From Candidatus Magasanikiibacteriota bacterium (lineage in GTDB: Bacteria; Patescibacteriota; Patescibacteriia; Magasanikbacterales; GWA2-37-8): a stretch of DNA of 64,000 bases. The stretch lies in the NCBI GenBank assembly GCA_023246725.1, contig JAHFHV010000001.1:13618-77617 (forward strand). Direction: 5' to 3'. The notes under the pieces were generated by a model that was given only the letters and a program-made list of their open reading frames with translations, had not been told where the DNA came from and made no database searches. Shown one piece after another: positions 57,368-64,000 of this stretch. Numbering within the stretch: position 1 is the stretch's first letter; each line of letters starts with the position of its first letter. Position numbers and translations under genes: made by a program.

Positions 57368-59317
57368 TTATTTCGCGTTGGCGGGTGTCGTAGGCGCGGG
57401 CGCGGGCGGCGGCGCTCCGCCGGTTTTGCCTCCCGCAGAAATTGTCGCCTGGTTTGGCAGGGCTCCGGCCGAGCCCTCGTCGGCCAGTTCTTTGTTAATG
57501 TCAACGAGTTTGTTTTTGAGGTAAACTTTTTTCTTTTCAACGGCCAGCTTTTCTTCCAGCGGCTTAAGTTTTTTGTTAATATCTTCAATCACATCGCCAA
57601 TCGCTTTTACCAGCGGCGCCGCCGGAATGTTTATGGCGCGCAAGGGCTTAATGAACTCCCTGGCTAGAATAAACATCGCGATTGGTATGGCGATGACGGG
57701 CGAGATGATTGCCAAAACAATACCAGCCGGGAAGAATATGCCCAGCAGACGCAAAATCCATTTTAAAACTATCCAGCCGGCGTCAATTTCGGCGCCCGGC
57801 AAAATTTGCGCGAACCGAAGCGACGAACGAGCGCTCTTAAGAATTCCAATCCGCGCTTCCAGGGCCGTTATCATCACTTCGCTCGTTACATTCTCCAGGC
57901 CGTATTTCATGCCTTCTATTTTAGCATAAATGCCGGGAAGAAAAAAGCGGATAATCCGGAGCGAGGTGGTTTTTTTGATGCTGTCCACCTTGCCTTGCAT
58001 TTGGTTTAGCTCTTTCATTATCGCGTCCCGGGCTTTTTTAAGCTTTTGTTTGCGGCTACGAAGAGCGTTGGCAATACCCCCCTGGTCTTTGGATTTGGCG
58101 GCTTCGGGAGGCGCACCATCTTTGCCCGGGGCGCCAGCGGCTTGACCAGCGCCTCCCTCCGAGGGAACTTGCTCGGGCGGGTTGAGCCGCTCATCGTTAG
58201 CCGTGGCCGGCTGGTCATTCGCGCCAGCTGGTTCCGACTGGGCGCCGCGCTCGGCCCCTAACTGGGCGGCTTTATCGCGGTTTAAATCGTTGACGGCTTC
58301 AGGGGGAGCCGCGGGCGGCTCTGTGCCCGGGGCGGAGGGGCCCGCTTCCGGGGCGGCTGGAGAGGCTTCGCCTTCGGTGCCCGGGGCGGCTGGTTGTTCG
58401 CCGTCAGTTGGTGAAGGCTGTTCCCCGCCCGCAGCCTTGTTTGCGGCGTCGGCATCAGAGTCATTTTTTTGTTCAGCGGGATTATCTTCATTTTGATCTT
58501 TTTCCGCTGTTTCATCGGTTGGTTTTTCGTTGTCTGCCGGGGAGCTGGGGGCCTCCGGTGCCGCGTTTTTGGATTGTTCCGGCGGAGTTTCTCCAGGCGC
58601 TGATTCCGTTCCAACCGGCTGTCCAGTCTTGTCATCAGGACCAGCCGTCGGAGTATTGTCGCCACCTTGCGCTGGGCCGCCCTCTGGCTTTGGAGCTGGG
58701 ACGGGCGTCTCTTGGTCGCTTGGCCCGCCAACGCCAGGGGGGACGGTCTGGGCGGTTGGTTTTTCTTTTGTCTCTCCGCCGCTAGCCGCTGGCTGTTCTG
58801 CCTCGCCGCCCTCTGGCGCTGGTTCGCTTTCGGCCGCCCCCCGCTCATACTCGTCACGGGCCGCTGCCCAGGCGGCTTCGTCCAAGGCGTTGCCGCCGTT
58901 GTTTTTTTCCGCCGCTAAAAGTATCTCCTGCCAAGCATCGTCTTGTTCCGGCAAGGGAAGATTAGTTTTTAAGTTCACTATGAGTTTGTTGCCAGAAGTT
59001 TGCGCTTGGTTCCCTGGCCCCGAACTTACTGCGTTAACAACTTCCACTGGGGCACCAGAACCAGAAACTGGAGTAGTAGGTTCGGCTGACACCGGCGCCG
59101 GCTGATCTTTCTCCGGAGCTTTAGAAGCCTGTGCCGCGAGATCGGCAATGGTTCTGTTGTTGTCATGCCTAACGTTTCTGGTTTGCCCAAGTTTCGTGCG
59201 CAAAGCGCGGTGTTTTAAATAATCAGAATAGCCGCTCGAGGCAGGAGTAGCGCCTTCCGCGTCTGGCGCGGCACCCGGCAACTGCGGGGTGGGAGCCGTG
59301 GAAGGGTCAACAGGCAT
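57368..59317 (-). CDS. Pro/Ala/Glu-rich low-complexity protein with C-terminal coiled coil and TM
   Basis: 649-aa ORF in tight operon. Confidence 0.75.
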   Translation of the reverse strand: MPVDPSTAPTPQLPGAAPDAEGATPASSGYSDYLKHRALRTKLGQTRNVRHDNNRTIADLAAQASKAPEKDQPAPVSAEPTTPVSGSGAPVEVVNAVSSGPGNQAQTSGNKLIVNLKTNLPLPEQDDAWQEILLAAEKNNGGNALDEAAWAAARDEYERGAAESEPAPEGGEAEQPAASGGETKEKPTAQTVPPGVGGPSDQETPVPAPKPEGGPAQGGDNTPTAGPDDKTGQPVGTESAPGETPPEQSKNAAPEAPSSPADNEKPTDETAEKDQNEDNPAEQKNDSDADAANKAAGGEQPSPTDGEQPAAPGTEGEASPAAPEAGPSAPGTEPPAAPPEAVNDLNRDKAAQLGAERGAQSEPAGANDQPATANDERLNPPEQVPSEGGAGQAAGAPGKDGAPPEAAKSKDQGGIANALRSRKQKLKKARDAIMKELNQMQGKVDSIKKTTSLRIIRFFLPGIYAKIEGMKYGLENVTSEVMITALEARIGILKSARSSLRFAQILPGAEIDAGWIVLKWILRLLGIFFPAGIVLAIISPVIAIPIAMFILAREFIKPLRAINIPAAPLVKAIGDVIEDINKKLKPLEEKLAVEKKKVYLKNKLVDINKELADEGSAGALPNQATISAGGKTGGAPPPAPAPTTPANAK

Positions 59318-59326
59318 AATGAAGAG

Positions 59327-61870
59327 TTATTTTATTTCCAGATGATTATCATTCATGACAAGCTGATACTGGCGTTTAACTTTATGTTCAAAAATAAGTT
59401 CCGCTATCAGGCTTTCCACATCGCTCCTGACCAGGCGGCGAATTTCGCGCGCGCTTTGGTCAGGCTTTTTAAGGTTTTCAATAATCGTTTGGAGCGTTTC
59501 ATCTTTGGCGGTTACTTTAGTGTGGTAGGCGCTAAGGCGTTCGTTGAGTTCGTTCAGTTCGCGCTCGGCAATGGCCACCAACTCCGGCATTCCCAAATGT
59601 TTAAAGTAGCAAATCGCGTCCAGCCGATTAATTATTTCCGGAGAAAAGAATTTTTTTAAAGTTTCTTTTAAATGGTCTTCTTGTTCGCGGTCGCTGCGTT
59701 CGCTGTTGCCAAATCCCACCAACCCCTTTTTAGCATCGTCCGCTCCCAGCGAGGTCGTTAAAATAATAATGGCGTGCCGGAGGGAGATTTTTTTGCCGGC
59801 CGCGTCCGTAATCGCGCCATTTTCCAGCATCTGGAGCAGGAGCCGCGTCACGTCTTTGTGCGCCTTGTCAATTTCGTCAAATAAAATGACCGAGTAAGGG
59901 TTGAGTTTAATTTTGTCGGAGAATTGGTTGCTTTCTTTGTACCCCACATACCCGGCGGGGGAGCCGAGGAGTTTTGACACGCTGTAGCCTTCGTTAAATT
60001 CGCTCATGTCCAGTTTAATCAGCGCGTCTTGGCCCGGGTAGAGCGTTTTGGCCAGCGTTTTAGCTAGTTCGGTTTTGCCTACCCCGCTTTCGCCCACGAA
60101 TAAAAACGAGACCAAAGGCCGTTCGGCATTGGACAGGCCCAGCTGAGCTTGACGCACTAATTTACTCACCATTTCAATAGCGGTCTTTTGGCCTACTACC
60201 GAGTCCGAGAGATGCTCGGCTAAGCTGCGCATTCCCTGGCTGGTTTCTAAAATAAGTTCGCTTGGCGCGATACCAGTTATTTTGGCTACTTGGGCCACCA
60301 CGTCTTTTTCCGTTACCGTACCCACGCGTTTGATTTTTTTAGTATCAGCCAGCGCCGCTTGTTTTTTAATGACCCCGCTCAGTTCTTCCTCTTCTTTTTT
60401 ATATTTCACGGCGGCTGTAAAATCATCCGCGCCAGCGGCCGCTTCTTTAGCGTTAATCGTTTGTTCTAATTGCTGTTCCAGCCGCCATAGTTTGCTTACG
60501 GCCGGGGAGCCTTTGGCCGTGAGGCGCTTGGCCGCGGCGGTTTCGTCCAAAAGATCAATCGCCTTATCAGGTAGAAATTTACTGGTGATGTAGCGAGTCG
60601 AGAGTCGGACGGCCGCGGCCACCGCCTCGTCAGCAATCGTCACTTGGTGGTACGTTTCATAATTAGCTTTAAGGCCATTCAAAATCGCAATTGTGTCCGC
60701 CACGCTTGGCTCGGGCGTAATAACCGGCTGAAAACGGCGCTCCAAAGCCGGGTCGCTTTCAATATATTTTTTGTACTCGCCCGGAGTGGTGGCGCCAATG
60801 CACCTAAGTTGCCCGCGCGCCAACGCCGGCTTTAACAGGTTGGCCGCGTCCAGAGTGCCTTGGTTAGAGCCAGCGCCCACAATGTTATGAATTTCATCAA
60901 TAAACATAATAATATCCGGCCGGCTCGTTACTTCCTCAATCACTTGTTTTAAGCGGCCTTCAAATTCGCCGCGGTACATCGTTCCGGCTATCAAAAGACC
61001 CATATCAAGGCTGTAAATTTTTTTATTCAATAACAGTTCCGGTACCCGTCCGGCCACAATCCGCTTAGCCAAGCCTTCTACAATCGCGGTTTTTCCCACG
61101 CCCGGCTCGCCTAGGAGAAGCGGGTTGTTTTTGGTGCGCCGGCTTAACACATGAATCACCCGCTCAATTTCTTTGTCACGTCCAATCACCGGGTCAATGT
61201 CGGCCTGCGCTTCGGGAGACGTTAAATTCGTCGCGAACCAATCTAAAGCGGTTTCTTTTTTGCGCCCCGAATTTTGCGCGCTTGATGGCTTGGTTTTTTT
61301 GGCCTCGACGTGGTGAGAATGTTCGGCGTGCCAAGCATCGCCTAAATTTTCTTGGAGCCTTTCTACCACCTCGGCCACTTCCGTGATTCTGGGGAATTGG
61401 CTGGCATTGCTAAGGACGGCATCCAGCTGATGCGCCAGGTCGGAAATTTTTACCATGTTTACTTTTAACACATCATCAATGAGCGCGTCGTTCAGCCGGA
61501 TAATGGCGATGAGAAGGTGCTCGGTGCCAATGTAGGCGTGACTATTTTCCTGGGCGATTAGCATGGCTTTCTCCAGCGCAGTTTTGGTGGCCGGGGATAA
61601 CGGCGTCAAAACGGCTTGAGCCGTCGCTCCCGGGCTGGCTGGAGTCAGAGGTTCGGCGGCCGCCGGCAAGCTTAATACAGCCTGCTCCATGGTTTTAACA
61701 TTCAGCTTAAGGCGATTCAAAATTTCGGAGGCCACCGAGCCTTTTTGAGTGGACAAGGCAAACAAGACGTGGATTGGCTCCACGAGCGGGTTGTTGAGTT
61801 CCGCCGCCACCTGAATACTGCGCGCCAACACATCGCGCAAGTGGCTGGAAAAACGGTCGATGATGTTCAT
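59327..61870 (-). CDS. clpC: ATP-dependent Clp protease ATP-binding subunit, ClpC-type
   Basis: Clp-N repeats, [28 protein letters not shown] loop. Confidence 0.9.
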   Translation of the reverse strand: MNIIDRFSSHLRDVLARSIQVAAELNNPLVEPIHVLFALSTQKGSVASEILNRLKLNVKTMEQAVLSLPAAAEPLTPASPGATAQAVLTPLSPATKTALEKAMLIAQENSHAYIGTEHLLIAIIRLNDALIDDVLKVNMVKISDLAHQLDAVLSNASQFPRITEVAEVVERLQENLGDAWHAEHSHHVEAKKTKPSSAQNSGRKKETALDWFATNLTSPEAQADIDPVIGRDKEIERVIHVLSRRTKNNPLLLGEPGVGKTAIVEGLAKRIVAGRVPELLLNKKIYSLDMGLLIAGTMYRGEFEGRLKQVIEEVTSRPDIIMFIDEIHNIVGAGSNQGTLDAANLLKPALARGQLRCIGATTPGEYKKYIESDPALERRFQPVITPEPSVADTIAILNGLKANYETYHQVTIADEAVAAAVRLSTRYITSKFLPDKAIDLLDETAAAKRLTAKGSPAVSKLWRLEQQLEQTINAKEAAAGADDFTAAVKYKKEEEELSGVIKKQAALADTKKIKRVGTVTEKDVVAQVAKITGIAPSELILETSQGMRSLAEHLSDSVVGQKTAIEMVSKLVRQAQLGLSNAERPLVSFLFVGESGVGKTELAKTLAKTLYPGQDALIKLDMSEFNEGYSVSKLLGSPAGYVGYKESNQFSDKIKLNPYSVILFDEIDKAHKDVTRLLLQMLENGAITDAAGKKISLRHAIIILTTSLGADDAKKGLVGFGNSERSDREQEDHLKETLKKFFSPEIINRLDAICYFKHLGMPELVAIAERELNELNERLSAYHTKVTAKDETLQTIIENLKKPDQSAREIRRLVRSDVESLIAELIFEHKVKRQYQLVMNDNHLEIK

Positions 61871-61879
61871 AGATAATCA

Positions 61880-61973
61880 AAATACACGATACACGTATAA
61901 CGATACAAGCGCACGATAGATGATAGATGGAGAGCAACAGACAATCATTATGTATCGTGCTACGTGTATCGTA
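61880..61973. repeat. Inverted heptamer arrays upstream of clpC
   Basis: acgatacacgta / tacgtgtatcgt. Confidence 0.7.
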
Positions 61974-62044
61974 TAGGTGATTGATTTTTCAATGCATATA
62001 TTATATAGTATGGGAATCGTTTAGTCAAAGTAATTTTTCTTCGT

Positions 62045-62851
62045 ATGCCCCGTTCAAACATTGCTTCTATAATAAAAAAATTAGACACCAAAAAAGTGTT
62101 TGTGTTTGATTTAGACGGCACCCTCGCGCCTACCAAATCTCCCTTGGAACCCAGCATGACCAAATTGTTTGAACAGCTTTTGACGGTAAAAAAGGTGGCC
62201 GTGATTGGCGGGGGCAAGTACGAACTTTTTCAAATGCAGCTCTTGGATGAATTAAAGCCCACGCCTAAAAAGCTTTTTAACAATCTGTTTCTGTTCCCGA
62301 CTACCGCGACCGCATTTTATCGCTATAACCAAGGCTGGAAACTAATGTACAAATTAAATTTATCCGCCGCCGAGGCGAAAAAAATTAAACACACGTTTGA
62401 AAAAGTGTTTACAGAAATCGGCTACCGGCACCCTAAAAAAATATACGGAGAGTTAATTGAAAATCGCGGCTCGCAAGTCAGCTTTTCCATTTACGGCCAA
62501 GATATTGTGGCGGTTTTAGGCAAACGCGGCATCCGTATGAAAGAGGAGTGGAAGAAAAAACACACGCCGCTAAAAATGAAGATAGCCAAGCTTATGCAAA
62601 AATATTTACCGGAATTCGCGGTGCGCGCCGCCGGGCACACCACCATTGATGTGACCAAAAAAGGTATTAACAAAGCCTACGGCCTGCGCCAAATTGAAAA
62701 ACATATCGGCGTCAAAATTAAAGACATGGTATTTATCGGCGACGCGATTTTCCCTGGTGGCAATGACTATGCCATCACCAAAACTAACATTGATTATATT
62801 CCCGTGAAGGACCCAAAAGAGACGGAAGAAATAATTAGAGAAATACTTTAA
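62045..62851 (+). CDS. HAD-IIB hydrolase, phosphomannomutase-like
   Basis: FDLDGTL, IENRGSQ, TIDVTKKGINK, GDAIFPGGND. Confidence 0.88.
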   Translation: MPRSNIASIIKKLDTKKVFVFDLDGTLAPTKSPLEPSMTKLFEQLLTVKKVAVIGGGKYELFQMQLLDELKPTPKKLFNNLFLFPTTATAFYRYNQGWKLMYKLNLSAAEAKKIKHTFEKVFTEIGYRHPKKIYGELIENRGSQVSFSIYGQDIVAVLGKRGIRMKEEWKKKHTPLKMKIAKLMQKYLPEFAVRAAGHTTIDVTKKGINKAYGLRQIEKHIGVKIKDMVFIGDAIFPGGNDYAITKTNIDYIPVKDPKETEEIIREIL

Positions 62852-62866
62852 ATGTCATAAGTTATT

Positions 62867-63181
62867 ATGGAGGTACAATTCTTTGATGAGGCACTAGTAA
62901 AGTTTATCAGAACACTTGAACAATCAACTGGCGCCAAGATTTTTCGCGCAATTGATTTGCTTGAACGTTTTGGTTCAACGCTAGGGATGCCGCACAGCAA
63001 AAAGATCGCACTTCGGTTATTTGAACTGCGAATCAGAGGTCAGCAAGAAGTGAGGATTTTGTACGCATTCCATAATAATACCGCCATGTTATTGCATGGA
63101 TTTGTTAAAAAAACCGATCGTATTCCCGCCCGGGAATTACGTACTGCCTTACAAAAATTAGCGACACTTGACAAAGTATAA
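62867..63181 (+). CDS. RelE/HigB (Gp49-like) toxin
   Basis: LGMPHSK, LFELR, RILY, LLHGFVKKT. Confidence 0.88.
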   Translation: MEVQFFDEALVKFIRTLEQSTGAKIFRAIDLLERFGSTLGMPHSKKIALRLFELRIRGQQEVRILYAFHNNTAMLLHGFVKKTDRIPARELRTALQKLATLDKV

Positions 63182-63196
63182 CGTATATGTTATACT
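63168..63196 (+). promoter_or_regulatory. Internal antitoxin promoter with palindromic operator
   Basis: ttgaca-17-tatact; agtataac-gtatat-gttatact. Confidence 0.75.
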
Positions 63197-63204
63197 GAAT
63201 TTAT

Positions 63205-63477
63205 ATGAAATCATACACTGAAATTAAAAAGGAATTTCTTAAAGATCCTGCTTTCCGCAAAGCCTATGAAGAACTGGGGCCTGAGTTTGAATTGGCCAGC
63301 ATGATTATTGAGAAGCGCCTGCGTAAAGGGCTGACACAAAAAGCGCTGGCTAAAAAAATTGGAACTCAACAGTCAGCTATTGCCCGCCTTGAGTCCGGAG
63401 ATTATAACCCAACAATAGCGTTTTTAGAAAAAGTTTCTAAAGCGCTTGGTGCTCGTTTGTCAATCTCGTTAGGTTAG
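63205..63477 (+). CDS. XRE-family HTH antitoxin, HigA-like
   Basis: GLTQKALA..QSAIARLESG..PT. Confidence 0.9.
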   Translation: MKSYTEIKKEFLKDPAFRKAYEELGPEFELASMIIEKRLRKGLTQKALAKKIGTQQSAIARLESGDYNPTIAFLEKVSKALGARLSISLG

Positions 63478-64000
63478 TGAATTGTATCGGCAAGTGAGAG
63501 TCCAGAAAAGTTTTTGATATACAATTTGGCTCCAGGGAGTTGCCGTTTGGAGTAGCTGTTCGTAATGGCGATGACCGACATTTTGGCATTCACTCCGGCC
63601 TGTACTCCCAAAATCGCGTCCTCAAACACCACACACTTCTTGGGTGGTGTTTTTAGTTTTTTAGCGGCTTTTAAAAACATGTCGGGCGCTGGTTTGCCAC
63701 GCGTAATGCCGCTGGCGTCAATAATGAAAGAAAAATATTTACGCAGCTTCGTTTTACCCAGCACAAACCGCACGTTTTCCGGTGGCGCCGAGGTCGCTAA
63801 GGCCATCGGAATTTTGGCGCGTCGGGCTGTTTCTAAAAATGTGGTAAGGCCAGACAGTGACGCAATATGTGGCGCGTAGGTTTTACGGTAATAGGCCTCG
63901 CGCTCATCATCCCAGTGCTTCGTTTGCTCTGCCACTGCGGCATTGCCAAACAAATTATGCATTACTTCCGCGCCGCGTCTGCCGTTAATGTGGTTGTTAA
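63474..64000 (-). CDS. HAD-IA phosphatase, beta-PGM-like; 5' end outside window
   Basis: ATSA, GKPAPD, CVVFEDA. Confidence 0.85.
   Translation of the reverse strand, partial: NNHINGRRGAEVMHNLFGNAAVAEQTKHWDDEREAYYRKTYAPHIASLSGLTTFLETARRAKIPMALATSAPPENVRFVLGKTKLRKYFSFIIDASGITRGKPAPDMFLKAAKKLKTPPKKCVVFEDAILGVQAGVNAKMSVIAITNSYSKRQLPGAKLYIKNFSGLSLADTIH

Overview
Core-chromosome segment of a bacterium, most likely Patescibacteria/CPR (Parcubacteria-ABY1-like). That assignment is inferred from the gene set, SD-less AT-rich start contexts, pilin-fusion proteins, DUF4012 and the repeat families. Standard code 11. Housekeeping content: tkt, gyrA, rpsA, ftsH, a PilB/GspE ATPase, thrS with a T-box leader, miaA, riboflavin synthase plus ribH, an oversized RNase P RNA, rnj, tRNA-Leu(CAG), secG, uvrA, rplS, recG, radA and clpC. 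Also present are three type II TA pairs, two AAA/DUF4143 ATPases, a MgtE-N/NRAMP pair, glycosyltransferases and two DsbA plus pilin-fusion gene pairs. Palindromic and short-period repeats fill most intergenic gaps and have also inserted into proteins and structural RNAs. Main unexplained signal: a class of stand-alone units (7.1 kb, 12-13 kb, 34 kb and a relic at 38.1 kb) built as sigma70 promoter, small hairpin, strong GGAGG Shine-Dalgarno and ORF, whereas the native genes lack an SD. The three intact ORFs are GC-rich, and two unrelated ones end in the same bulged, G.U-rich 3' RNA hairpin with a 20-nt identical arm. Second: a GxxExxY gene inside inverted repeats, with a gene-less miniature copy of the same element 1.4 kb away. 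No tools were run; family names come from motif recognition.
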